Source: an uncultured Bordetella sp. (lineage in GTDB: Bacteria; Pseudomonadota; Gammaproteobacteria; Burkholderiales; SG8-41). Taken from it: a DNA stretch of 64,000 bases. This document shows positions 9,486 to 18,471 of this stretch, in pieces. Location of the stretch: NCBI GenBank assembly GCA_964486865.1, contig CAZAOZ010000012.1, forward strand, positions 1,870 through 65,869. The letters run 5' to 3'. Both the position numbers and the translations under genes were made by a program. The notes beneath the pieces were generated by a model. That model worked only from the letters and a program-made list of their open reading frames with translations. It was not told where the DNA came from and ran no database searches. Numbering within the stretch: the first letter of the stretch is position 1; each line of letters starts with the position of its first letter.

Positions 9486-9872
9486 ATGATTCCTGAAAAC
9501 CTGAAATACATGGAAAGCCACGAGTGGGCAAAAATCGCAGCTGACGGCACGGTGGAAGTCGGCATCACTTTTCATGCGCAGGAGCAACTGGGTGACGTCG
9601 TATTCGTCCAGCCGCCTGAACCGGGATCCTTGGTCAAGCAGGGGAGTGCCTGTGCGGTGATCGAGTCGGTCAAGTCGGCATCAGACATCCACGCGCCGGT
9701 ATCGGGCGTGGTGTTCGCAACAAATCAGGAACTGGCGGCCCGCCCGGAACTGGTCAACAGCGACCCCTACGGGACATGGATGTTCCGCATCAAACCCGGC
9801 AACCCGGACGAGTTCGGCGCATTGCTCGATGCCGCCGGTTACCGGAAATTCGTCGAATCCGGAACGCATTAA
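9486..9872 (+). CDS. gcvH: Glycine-cleavage H-protein family lipoyl-carrier protein (orphan; no gcvT/gcvP nearby)
   Basis: 128 aa. YMESHEWAKI...GITFHAQEQLGDVVFV...VIESVKSASDIHAPVSG contains the lipoyl-lysine motif ESVK(A/S)xSD. Confidence 0.85.
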   Translation: MIPENLKYMESHEWAKIAADGTVEVGITFHAQEQLGDVVFVQPPEPGSLVKQGSACAVIESVKSASDIHAPVSGVVFATNQELAARPELVNSDPYGTWMFRIKPGNPDEFGALLDAAGYRKFVESGTH

Positions 9873-9949
9873 GCGCTTCCCGGCCGGTTCTGTTACAAGG
9901 CGCGACGCCCGCTTCCTCAGCCGCCACACCCGGCGCATGCCGAGACGCG

Positions 9950-10192
9950 CTATTCGCGGATGCCGACGTCCCTGATCAGCCTGCCCCACTTCGCCATTTC
10001 GGATTTGATCGTCGCGGCGAAAGCTTCCGGCGTCGTCGCCATCGCTTCGGTGCCGGCAGCAACCAGTTTTTCCTTCACGTCGGGCCGCTGCATGATGCGC
10101 ACGATTTCGGTGTTGAGCTGGCGGATGACGGGGTCGGGCGTGCGCGCCGGCGCAAACATCCCGTTCAGCGACACTGACTCGTAACCGGGCAG
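9950..10192 (-). pseudogene. 3'-terminal fragment of a Bug/TctC gene (duplicate of the 3' end of 11559-12506)
   Basis: Encodes LPGYESVSLNGMFAPARTPDPVIRQLNTEIVRIMQRPDVKEKLVAAGTEAMATTPEAFAATIKSEMAKWGRLIRDVGIRE, near-identical to the C-terminus of 11559-12506. Nucleotide identity is roughly 90% by eye over ~245 bp. There is no N-terminal part, and homology stops abruptly at 10192. Confidence 0.75.
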
Positions 10193-10462
10193 TGCTACGG
10201 CCGGATTCCCGGCGCGCGCCACGTGTTTTTCGAAAAACTGCTGAACACCAACAAAAGCCTGAAATCACGAGACGAACTGCAGGCCGTCTTCGATGCCAGC
10301 GGCGCCGACCCGCAAAAGGACATCATTGCCTACTGCCGGCTCAGCCACCGCGCGACGGTGCTATAGTTCGCCCTCACGGAAATCCTCGGCCTGAAACGGG
10401 TCAGGGTGTACGATGGCCCGTGGACCGAATGGGGCAACGTGGTCGGACTGCCGATCGAGCGC
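10193..10462 (+). pseudogene. 3'-terminal fragment of a rhodanese sulfurtransferase gene with an internal TAG (10364-10366)
   Basis: Translates [89 protein letters not shown], colinear with the last ~90 aa of 8036-8932. It abuts the Bug fragment at 10192/10193 and lacks the first rhodanese domain. Confidence 0.75.
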
Positions 10463-10531
10463 GGACCAAAAACGGTGCGCTCTTTTTCCAGAACATTCGC
10501 ACAGAAAAACACGATGGAAGGCAAGACGACG

Positions 10532-11500
10532 ATGAAGGAAAGAATATTCCGATTGGGCCTGTACTTGGGTCTCGCGGTGCTTTCCCTGGAAGCAATCGGG
10601 CAAGGTTTCCCTTCAAAACCAGTACGCTTTATCATTCCATTTCCTCCTGGAGCCGGGCCCGATATTGTCTCGCGGACAATAGCACCCAAACTCTCGGAGC
10701 GATGGGGACAGCAAATTGTCGTTGACAATCGTCCCGGCGGTGGGGGCAACATCGCGGTTGAGTTGAGCGCAAAAGCAGTACCTGATGGTCATACGCTGCT
10801 TCTGGCTTCCAATCACGTCACCATCAACCCCAGCTTGTTCGAAAAAATACCTTATAACCCGAAGCAGGATTTTATCGGGGTAACACTGGCCGCAGTTACT
10901 CCCAATATCCTGGTGGTCCATCCGTCCCTGCCTTCCAAATCAGTCAAGGAACTTGTCACGCTTGCGAAATCAAAACCAGGGCAGATCAATTTTTCGTCGG
11001 GTGGAAATGGCAGTGTCGGGCATCTTGCCGCCGAAATGTTCAAGGCATCCACCAAGGTGGACATGGTACATATTCCGTACAAAGGTCCGACCGCGGCCAT
11101 AACCGCACTTTTAAGCGGGGAGGCCTCGATAGGTTTTCTCTTGGCGGCAGCGGCATTGCCGCATACCAAAACCGGGAAGTTGCGGGGGCTTGCCGTAACA
11201 GGCAGCAACCGCTCGCCCGCGGCTCCGGAACTGCCGACCGTGGTGGAGACCGGCGTGGCAGGTTACGACATCGTGGCATGGCAGGGCGTATTTGCTCCGA
11301 CCGGCACACCACAAAACATCATAAAAAAAATATATTCCGATACGATCGCCGTGCTCGGCATGCCAGACATCAGGCGCGCACTGTTGGCCCAGGCTTTTGA
11401 ACCCGTCGGAAACACACCGGAAGAATTTTCAGAATACATAAAGAACGATCTCGTGAAATGGGCCAGAGTTGTTCGGGAAGCGCGTGTCCAGGTAGATTGA
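10532..11500 (+). CDS. Bug/TctC family substrate-binding protein
   Basis: [48 protein letters not shown]...VDNRPGGGG...DGHTLL. The tracked ORF start at 10406 is read-through from the rhodanese fragment. Confidence 0.85.
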   Translation: MKERIFRLGLYLGLAVLSLEAIGQGFPSKPVRFIIPFPPGAGPDIVSRTIAPKLSERWGQQIVVDNRPGGGGNIAVELSAKAVPDGHTLLLASNHVTINPSLFEKIPYNPKQDFIGVTLAAVTPNILVVHPSLPSKSVKELVTLAKSKPGQINFSSGGNGSVGHLAAEMFKASTKVDMVHIPYKGPTAAITALLSGEASIGFLLAAAALPHTKTGKLRGLAVTGSNRSPAAPELPTVVETGVAGYDIVAWQGVFAPTGTPQNIIKKIYSDTIAVLGMPDIRRALLAQAFEPVGNTPEEFSEYIKNDLVKWARVVREARVQVD

Positions 11501-11558
11501 GGGAATCAGCGGGTGATCTATCACCCTGAAGCCCGGGAACCGCTCATTGCAGCCCGCA

Positions 11559-12506
11559 TCACTCGCGAATACCGGCCTCGCGGATCAGCCTGCCCCACTT
11601 GGCCATTTCCGACTGGATCGTCGCCGCGAACTCTTCCGGCGTGGTCGCCATGGCATCGGTGCCGGCAGCAACCAGTTTCTCTTTCACGTCGGGCCGCTTC
11701 ATGATGCGCACGATTTCGGTGTTGAGCTGGCGGATGACGGGATCGGGCGTACGCGCCGGCGCAAACATGCCGTTCAGCGACACTGACTCGTAACCAGGCA
11801 GCGCCGCGGCCAGCAACGGCAGGCCGGGCGCCAGCGCCGTCGGCTGCAGGCTGGTCACCGCCAGCGCGCGCAGCTTCCCCGACTTGATATGCGGCGTTAC
11901 CGAGCCCGCGGTCGGAAACATCATTTCCACCTCACCGCTCAACAACCCGATCAGCGAACCGCCGGTACCCTTGTAGGCGACGCGCACGATGTTGAGCTGC
12001 GCCATCGCCTTGAACAGCTCCGCGGCGAGATGGGGTGCTGCGCCCAGCGAGCCCGCCGCGTAATTGAGTTCTCCCGGCCGCGCCCTGGCCAGCGCGATCA
12101 GTTCGCGCACCGACTTCACGGGCAGCGACGGATGCACGACGATGATGTTGGGTGAAGCAGCCACCAGCGTAATGGGCACGAAATCCTTCACCGGGTCGTA
12201 CGGCGTGTTGCTGCGGATGAATGGGGACAACCACACCGCGCTGCCGTAGAGCAGCAGCGTGTACCCGTCGGCGGGCGCGCGGGCGACGATTTCAGCGGCA
12301 ATCGTGCCGCGATTATCGACAATCACGGTCTGCCCGAGCGCCGGGCGCAACTCCTGCGCAATCAGCCGCGCGACAATGTCGTTGGCGCTGCCCGGCGCGA
12401 CGGTGACGATGCGCACGGGCTTCGCCGGATAAGCCTGCGCGAGCGCAGCACCCGGCGCGCCTGTGCCGAGCAGAACCATCATCACCAGCCATTGCCACTG
12501 TTGCAT
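11559..12506 (-). CDS. Bug/TctC family substrate-binding protein
   Basis: Signal peptide followed by AYPAKPVRIVTVAPGSANDIVARLIAQEL...VDNRG...DGYTLLL. Confidence 0.9.
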   Translation of the reverse strand: MQQWQWLVMMVLLGTGAPGAALAQAYPAKPVRIVTVAPGSANDIVARLIAQELRPALGQTVIVDNRGTIAAEIVARAPADGYTLLLYGSAVWLSPFIRSNTPYDPVKDFVPITLVAASPNIIVVHPSLPVKSVRELIALARARPGELNYAAGSLGAAPHLAAELFKAMAQLNIVRVAYKGTGGSLIGLLSGEVEMMFPTAGSVTPHIKSGKLRALAVTSLQPTALAPGLPLLAAALPGYESVSLNGMFAPARTPDPVIRQLNTEIVRIMKRPDVKEKLVAAGTDAMATTPEEFAATIQSEMAKWGRLIREAGIRE

Positions 12507-12511
12507 CGCCT

Positions 12512-12580
12512 GCCCCTCTCCCCAACCCTCTACTCCGCTTCAAGTGTTCCCTTGTCCCCGCTTGCGGGGAGAGGGGGGTT
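12512..12580. repeat. REP-like GC-rich palindromic element, copy A (intergenic)
   Basis: GCCCCTCTCCCCAACCCTCTACTCCGCTTCAAGTGTTCCCTTGTCCCCGCTTGCGGGGAGAGGGG. It shares the core CCCTCT(A/G)CT..GCT(T/C)CAAGTG plus a terminal CCCTCTCCC/GGGAGAGGG inverted repeat with copies at 41384-41452 and 55716-55815. Confidence 0.6.
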
Positions 12581-12671
12581 CATTTTGTCAGCCGCTCTTA
12601 TTCTTGTCAGCCGCCATTGTTATTCAGCAGACTGGCGGCGCACGTTGCGCCATCACTATACCAATGGTTCG

Positions 12672-13559
12672 TTACCGCGGCCGGTCGCCGCTGATCTGCA
12701 CACGATGCATCATGCGGCGCTCGCGGTCATCAAACGCATCGCGGCGGTGAATCAGGCAACGGTTGTCCCAGATCAGCGTGTCGCCCGCCTGCCATTCGTG
12801 GCCCCACACGAACTCGGGCCGCGATGCATGTGCCCACAGCTGATCGAGCAGGCGTTCACTTTCTTCGAGCGGCAGGCCGATGATGTAAGCGTTGCGGCGG
12901 CGACCGAGATACAGCGCCTTGCGCCCGGTCAGCGGATGGGTGCGAAAAATTTTGTGCTGCGCGCCGGGCGCTTCGCGCGGATCGGTCACCTCGGCGAATC
13001 CCTTGCGCAACTGGCCGGCACTGTTGTACGTCTCGTCGTGAATCAGCATCATGCCCTCGAGCCGCGTCCTGAGTGCGGCGGGCAGCGTGTCGTAGGCGAG
13101 ATACTGGTTGGCAAAGTACGTGTTGCCGCCGGCGGGCGGCACTTCCAGCGCATGCAGCATCGCGTAACTGCAGGGCTTCGCGCGGTACGACATGTCGGTA
13201 TGCCAGATCGCTTCGCCCGCGCCAAGATTGCCCAGCGGCCGGCCGTCGGCCGTCAGATTGGAAATCACCAGGATGTCCGGATACGCGTCGATATAGGGCT
13301 TGCCGATGACGCTCATGCCCGGCGGCTCGAGTTCGCCGAAGGCTTTGCCGAGCGCGATCAGTTGCGGGTCCGTAATCGGCTGGCCGCGCACGAACACGAC
13401 CAGATGTTCCAGCAACGCCTGCTTCAGCGTCGCGACCGTGACGGCATCCAGCGCGGCCAGATCGACGCCCTCGACTTCCGTGCCGCAGCCTTTGCCGCTC
13501 GGCACGATGCGCGGCGCCCGCATTGACGGCAACGGCGTTTTTGTCTGCACATCAGGCAT
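12672..13559 (-). CDS. TauD/TfdA family Fe(II)/2-oxoglutarate-dependent dioxygenase
   Basis: GTEVEGVDL..., ...WHTDMSYRAKPCSYAMLHALEVPPAGGNTYFAN..., ...THPLTGRKALYLG..., ...WDNRCLIHRR. These are the HxD...H facial triad and family motifs. Start taken at ATG 13559; the tracked TTG start is at 13598. Confidence 0.85.
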   Translation of the reverse strand: MPDVQTKTPLPSMRAPRIVPSGKGCGTEVEGVDLAALDAVTVATLKQALLEHLVVFVRGQPITDPQLIALGKAFGELEPPGMSVIGKPYIDAYPDILVISNLTADGRPLGNLGAGEAIWHTDMSYRAKPCSYAMLHALEVPPAGGNTYFANQYLAYDTLPAALRTRLEGMMLIHDETYNSAGQLRKGFAEVTDPREAPGAQHKIFRTHPLTGRKALYLGRRRNAYIIGLPLEESERLLDQLWAHASRPEFVWGHEWQAGDTLIWDNRCLIHRRDAFDDRERRMMHRVQISGDRPR

Positions 13560-13846
13560 CGGTTTTCTCTGGTATTGCCTTTCCGGGTGATGCACCAATC
13601 ATACGGATCAGCCGCGCCCGCGGCCAGCACCCTAAACCCCGCGCATTCCCGGCCGTTAATGAATCAGCTCCGGCAACTCCGGGTCGGGCCAGTCTCACGA
13701 ACCAAGGCCAAGTCGATCCGGTTGCTGCCACCGAAGTCCGCTGTTGTGCGCGCCCCTCTGCCGGGTGTACCTGATGCGGACGTGCGGCGACCACCCTCCA
13801 CCCGCAGTCCGGGGGGTTGTCCCGACCGGGGTTCCGGAGTGACCCA

Positions 13847-13887
13847 AAGGGCGCGGCTCAGGTCGCGCCCTTTGCTTTTGGTCTTTC
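13847..13887 (+). terminator. Intrinsic-terminator-like hairpin plus T-tract on the plus strand
   Basis: AAGGGCGCG-GCTCAGGT-CGCGCCCTT (9-bp stem) followed by TGCTTTTGGTCTTTC. No plus-strand CDS lies upstream, so it may end a small RNA (see findings). Confidence 0.5.
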
Positions 13888-14060
13888 AGACTATTCAACG
13901 GGTTGTACGCGCCGCCCCGGCGATACCCGAAATTGCGCGACGTACCGCCCCCTGTTCTGCTCAAGAAAAAAGCAGCTGCTGTCGATAATGAACACAGCAG
14001 TAGTGGTCGCAAGAATCGGCGCGGTATTACCCGCGCCGAATCCGGAAGGAGGTTGCCGTC

Positions 14061-14243
14061 ATGCAACAACTTGCTTTGCCTCTGCAAATCGATCCAAGCG
14101 CGGATCCCGCGCTGCGGCGCGCGTGGCTCATCAGCCGCGTCCGCCTGCCCTTTCACATTGCCATCAATACGCCGGCCATCGCCATCTGCCTGCGGCAAAT
14201 GGCTGCCGCAGACCGCCGGCGCCGCGGTTACGCCGCCGGTTGA
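14061..14243 (+). CDS. Small hypothetical protein (60 aa)
   Basis: ATG preceded by GGAAGGAGG with 7-nt spacing. No family recognised. Lies in a 650-bp gap between two minus-strand genes. Confidence 0.35.
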   Translation: MQQLALPLQIDPSADPALRRAWLISRVRLPFHIAINTPAIAICLRQMAAADRRRRGYAAG

Positions 14244-14255
14244 ACAGCGCGGGCG

Positions 14256-15695
14256 TTACAGCCCCGCCTGCGTGATGAACTTCGAGATCAAATAGGGTTC
14301 GATGGCCTCGCTGCCGCCCTCGGAGCCGTAGCCGGAATCCTTCACCCCGCCGAACGGCACCTCGGGTAACGCAAAGCCCAGGTGATTGATGGTCATCATG
14401 CCGGTCTCGACCTGCGCCGCGATCGCGTTCGCGGTTTTCGCGGACTTCGTCCACGCGTAGGCGGCGAGTCCGTACGGCAGGCGGTTGGCCTCGGTCACCG
14501 CATCGTCGAATGTCCTGAACGGATTGATGATCGCCAGCGGACCGAAAGGCTCGGTGTTCATCGCCATCGCGCTGGTCGCCAGTTCGGTAATCACCGTCGG
14601 CTCGAAAAAATTGCCCTTCTCGCCGATCGGGTAGCCGCCGGTCTGCACCTTGCCGCCGTGTTTTTTTGCATCCTCGACGTTCGCCACCATCGCGCTCTGC
14701 CGGCGCGGATTGGCCAGCGTCGCCATCTTGGTATCCTTGTCGAAACCGTCACCGACCTTGATCGCCTTCGCACCTTCGGTGAACTTCTCGACGAACTGCT
14801 TGTAGATCCCCTCCTGCACCAGGAACCGCGTCGGCGACACGCACACCTGGCCGGCGTTGCGGTACTTCATGAAGGTCATGGTCTTCGCCGCGAGCTCGAC
14901 GTCGGCATCATCAAAAATGATCACCGGCGCGTGGCCGCCCAGTTCCATGGTCGCACGCTTCATGTACTGGCCGGCCATCGCCGCCAGTTGCTTGCCCACC
15001 GGCGTGGAGCCGGTGAAGGTGATCTTGCGGATCACCGGATGCGGAATCAGGTAACTTGAAATCTCCGCCGGGCTGCCATACACCAGGTTGATGACGCCGG
15101 CCGGCACGCCGGCGTCAGCAAATGCGCGCACCAGCTCCGCCGGTGAGGCCGGGGTTTCTTCCGGCGCCTTGATGATGATCGAACAGCCGGTGGACAGCGC
15201 CGCCGACAGCTTGCGCACCGCCTGGTTGATCGGGAAATTCCACGGCGTAAAGGCCGCGACCGGGCCGACCGGCTCCTTCACCACCAGTTGATAAATGCCC
15301 TCGGCGCGCGCCGGAATCACGCGACCATAGGCGCGGCGGCCTTCCTCGGCGAACCAGTCGATCAGGTCGGCGCCGGCCAGCGCCTCGAGTTTGGCTTCGC
15401 CGACGGGCTTGCCCTGCTCGAAGGTCATGTAAGTCGCGATGGTATCGGCGCGCTCGCGGACCAGATCCGCGGCCTTGCGCATGATCTTGCTGCGCTCGTA
15501 GGCCGACACCTTGCGCCATACCCTGAAGCCGGCTTCCGCAGCCTCAAGCGCACGATCGAGGTCGGCTTTTTCGGCGTAAGCGACCGTGCCGATCTGCTGG
15601 TGATTGGCGGGATTGACGACCGGCAGCGTGCGGCCGGCGGTAGCGGGGCACCACTGGCCGTTGATGTAGAGCAGCGTGTTGGGATACGTGGACAT
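14256..15695 (-). CDS. NAD(P)-dependent aldehyde dehydrogenase (succinate-semialdehyde dehydrogenase-like)
   Basis: YINGQWCPA...VVNPA..., [22 protein letters not shown], catalytic-Cys region [14 protein letters not shown], and EPFGPL. Start at MSTYPN (15695). Confidence 0.9.
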   Translation of the reverse strand: MSTYPNTLLYINGQWCPATAGRTLPVVNPANHQQIGTVAYAEKADLDRALEAAEAGFRVWRKVSAYERSKIMRKAADLVRERADTIATYMTFEQGKPVGEAKLEALAGADLIDWFAEEGRRAYGRVIPARAEGIYQLVVKEPVGPVAAFTPWNFPINQAVRKLSAALSTGCSIIIKAPEETPASPAELVRAFADAGVPAGVINLVYGSPAEISSYLIPHPVIRKITFTGSTPVGKQLAAMAGQYMKRATMELGGHAPVIIFDDADVELAAKTMTFMKYRNAGQVCVSPTRFLVQEGIYKQFVEKFTEGAKAIKVGDGFDKDTKMATLANPRRQSAMVANVEDAKKHGGKVQTGGYPIGEKGNFFEPTVITELATSAMAMNTEPFGPLAIINPFRTFDDAVTEANRLPYGLAAYAWTKSAKTANAIAAQVETGMMTINHLGFALPEVPFGGVKDSGYGSEGGSEAIEPYLISKFITQAGL

Positions 15696-15785
15696 GGCGG
15701 TGCACCTTATGCGAGGAGTAACGGAAAGGCCGAAGGATAAACGACTTTGGCGCGGGCCGGGCACAGAACCGGGTCGCGGCGGGAC

Positions 15786-16532
15786 TTACGACTGAATCTT
15801 CCTGAAGTATGCCTTGTTGGCGATCTCGACCACGCTCATGCCGGCGGCGACGTCGCGGTTGCGCTCCTCCTCGCCTGCCGACAGCGCCTGCGCGCGCGCC
15901 AGCACCTCATGAATGCGTGCCCGCGGGATGAAGCACACGCCGTTGTCGTCGGCCACCACCAGGTCGCCGGCATTGACCGGCACGCTGCAGATCTGCACCG
16001 GGCCGTTGATTGCGACGGTCTCGACGCGCCACTTGCCGGTGATCAGGCTCACGCCGCGCGCCCAGATCGGATAGCCGATACCGCGCGCGGTGGCGATGTC
16101 GCGCGTCGCGCCATCGACGATCGCCCCCGCTTCGCCCTGGCGCTTGCCCACGTTCGCCGAATTGCCGCCCAGGCTGGAGATGCCCGCCACGCCTTCGATC
16201 ACCAGCACATCGCCAAGTCGGGCGAGATTGTGTGCCTCGATGTCGGCCTGCTTCGACTGGCGCGCCATCGCGCCCAGCGTCGGTGGTACCGACTGCATGA
16301 TGTTGCGCACCGTCATCACCGGGCCGACCATGCGCGCGCCGGGCAGCATCGGCCGCAGCGTCGCCGCCGGAATCGCGCCGTGGATACCCAGTTCGTCCAT
16401 CGCATCGGATACCGTGCCGGCGAGGTCGGTCAGCGCCAGAAAAGCATCAATGACGTCCTGACCGGGACGCGGAATGTCGCGCATCACGATGCGCGCGGGA
16501 TCAATCTTGCCGGTGAGTTTAGGTTCGGCCAT
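15786..16532 (-). CDS. RraA family protein (4-hydroxy-4-methyl-2-oxoglutarate aldolase/oxaloacetate decarboxylase-like)
   Basis: GDVLVIEGVAGISSLGGNSANVGKRQGEAGAIVDGATRDIATARGIGYPIWARG...VNAGDLVVADDNGVCFIP is typical of the RraA/HMG aldolase fold. ATG 16532 with an AAGGAA RBS, 13 nt after the upstream Bug stop. Confidence 0.85.
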   Translation of the reverse strand: MAEPKLTGKIDPARIVMRDIPRPGQDVIDAFLALTDLAGTVSDAMDELGIHGAIPAATLRPMLPGARMVGPVMTVRNIMQSVPPTLGAMARQSKQADIEAHNLARLGDVLVIEGVAGISSLGGNSANVGKRQGEAGAIVDGATRDIATARGIGYPIWARGVSLITGKWRVETVAINGPVQICSVPVNAGDLVVADDNGVCFIPRARIHEVLARAQALSAGEEERNRDVAAGMSVVEIANKAYFRKIQS

Positions 16533-16545
16533 GACAAAAGTTCCT

Positions 16546-17511
16546 TTACTCGGCCTTGGCGCCGGACGCCTTGACGACCTTGGCCCATTTCTGGATTTCG
16601 TCGCGAACGATACGGCCGAACTCATCCGCAGTGGTCGGCATGACGTCCGCCCCCAGCCCCGCCAGCCGCTTGTTGACTTCGGGCATCCTGAGTACCGCGA
16701 CGATGTCGGCATTCAGCCGCGAAATGACTGCGGCAGGCGTGCGCGCCGGCGCGAAGAATCCGTACCAGGAAGTTACGTCGTAGCCGGGCACCCCGGACTC
16801 GGCGACCGTCGGCAAGTCGGAAAGATGCACGGAACGCTTCAAACCGGTCTGCGCGATGGCCCGCAAACGGCCCGCCTGCACCATCGGCAAGGCCGGCGGC
16901 AGCCCCAAAGAAGCCAACTCGATATGCCCCGCCATCACATCAGTCACCACGGGACCGGCGCCCTTGTAGGGCACGTGCACAATCCTGAGATTATTGCTGA
17001 CGTTGAGCAGCTCGATCGCCAGATGATTCGGCGATCCGGTATTTGCGCCGAAATTGAGCTTCCCGGGCCTGGCCTTGGCCAGGGAGATCAGGTCCCTCAT
17101 CGATTTCACCGGCAGCGACGGATGAACCACGATGACGCTGGGCGCCGTGATGCCCTGCGTGATCGCGACGAGATCCCTTGCCATGTCGTACTGCAGATTC
17201 TTGTACAAGCTCATGCCGATGGCCTGCGGTATGCCCGCCGACAGCAGCGTGTATCCATCAGCCGGCGACTTGGCGACGAACTCCGAGCCGATATGGCCGC
17301 CCCCGCCGGTGCGGTTTTCGACCAGCACGGGTTTGCCCAGCCTGCCTGCCAGATCGTTGCTGACCATGCGCGCAAGGATGTCGGCGGTGCCGCCGGTCGC
17401 CAGCGGCACGACGATTTTCACGGGGCGGTTCGGATAATCCTGCGCCACGGCGCATGTGGCGCCGGCCATTCCCAACGCAGCCACGACGACTGCCGTCCAT
17501 TGCTTGACCAT
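16546..17511 (-). CDS. Bug/TctC family substrate-binding protein
   Basis: DYPNRPVKIVVPLATGGTADILARMVSNDL...VENRTGGGG...DGYTLL. ATG 17511 is preceded by GGAGAA; the tracked start is at 17529. Confidence 0.85.
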   Translation of the reverse strand: MVKQWTAVVVAALGMAGATCAVAQDYPNRPVKIVVPLATGGTADILARMVSNDLAGRLGKPVLVENRTGGGGHIGSEFVAKSPADGYTLLSAGIPQAIGMSLYKNLQYDMARDLVAITQGITAPSVIVVHPSLPVKSMRDLISLAKARPGKLNFGANTGSPNHLAIELLNVSNNLRIVHVPYKGAGPVVTDVMAGHIELASLGLPPALPMVQAGRLRAIAQTGLKRSVHLSDLPTVAESGVPGYDVTSWYGFFAPARTPAAVISRLNADIVAVLRMPEVNKRLAGLGADVMPTTADEFGRIVRDEIQKWAKVVKASGAKAE

Positions 17512-17559
17512 GTTCTTCTCCGGAATCATCAGGTTTGAGGTGACAAGGTTGCGACCGAA

Positions 17560-18471
17560 TCAGAAATCGTAGAGCCGTCGGGGATTGTCCGCGAGGATAT
17601 TCTTCTGGACCGTCGCATCCTCGGTCCACAGTGACAGGATATCCAGCAAATCGCCGTCATTCGGCATCACGAAATTCGCCGGCATGTGGCCGGGCACTGC
17701 GGGATGCGGCCAGTCGCTGCCCCACACCAGTCGGTCGGGTGCTGCGGCGATCAGCGCTTGCGCAAACGGCGTCACGTCGGCATAGGGATAAGGCAGTTCC
17801 GACAACCGGTACGGCGCCGACAGCTTGGCCCAGAATTTACCTTCCCGCATCAACGCGAGCAGCGCCTGGAAGCCGGGATTGTCCACGCCGGCGGCCGCCG
17901 GCACATGACCCATGTGGTCGAACACCACATCCACCGGCAGCTTGCGCAAACGCGGCGCGATCCCGTCGAGATTGCGCGCATCGGCATGCAGCTGCACATG
18001 CCACTTGAGCCCGGCGATGCGCGCGGCAATGGCTTCGAGGTCGTCGAGCATCAATCCGCTTTTTGCGAACAGGTTCACGCGCACGCCGCGGAAGCCCGCC
18101 TTGTGCAGGCGCTCCAGTTCCTTTTCCGGCACGTCGGTGGGCACCACCGCCACGCCGCGCCATGCGCCTTTCATTTCGTTCAACGTGTCGAGCTGGCGTT
18201 CGTTGTCCATGCCATACACGCTGGGCGTTACCAGCACGGCGCGTTCGATGCCCAGCAGCGCCAGCAGCGCGCGATACTGCGCCAGCGTCACGTCCGGCGG
18301 CGTAAACAGGCGCTTGGGCGAAAAAGGATATTTGTCCACCGGGCCGAAGATGTGCGCGTGGCAATCGATGGACCCGGGCGGCGCCTTCAGCCTGGGCTTG
18401 CGCGGCGACAGGTCGGGGCCGTCGCAGACCGGGATGCCGTCGCTGTCGCACTTTTGTGAACCACCGCTCAT
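17560..18471 (-). CDS. Amidohydrolase-2 family hydrolase (2-pyrone-4,6-dicarboxylate lactonase LigI-like)
   Basis: IDCHAHIFGP..., ...VTPSVYGMDN..., ...GVRVNL..., ...WHVQLH..., ...VVFDHMGH..., ...LVWGSDWPHP matches the metal-independent LigI-type amidohydrolase pattern. ATG 18471 has a GGAGGAAG RBS. Confidence 0.85.
   Translation of the reverse strand: MSGGSQKCDSDGIPVCDGPDLSPRKPRLKAPPGSIDCHAHIFGPVDKYPFSPKRLFTPPDVTLAQYRALLALLGIERAVLVTPSVYGMDNERQLDTLNEMKGAWRGVAVVPTDVPEKELERLHKAGFRGVRVNLFAKSGLMLDDLEAIAARIAGLKWHVQLHADARNLDGIAPRLRKLPVDVVFDHMGHVPAAAGVDNPGFQALLALMREGKFWAKLSAPYRLSELPYPYADVTPFAQALIAAAPDRLVWGSDWPHPAVPGHMPANFVMPNDGDLLDILSLWTEDATVQKNILADNPRRLYDF

Noticed and set aside
10406-11500. The tracked 364-aa ORF, which suggested a rhodanese-Bug fusion protein.
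   Set aside because: The first ~19 codons are the tail of a truncated rhodanese relic that has an upstream in-frame TAG. The Bug signal peptide starts at an internal Met (10532) with its own RBS-like GGAAGG.
13600-13900. Search for selC (tRNA-Sec) or another known RNA in the long gap near the selenoprotein-rich region.
   Set aside because: No cloverleaf with a UCA anticodon loop (CTTCAAA-type) or a long acceptor/variable arm could be drawn, and no match to tmRNA, SRP or RNase P consensus stretches was recalled. It is kept only as an unclassified sRNA candidate.
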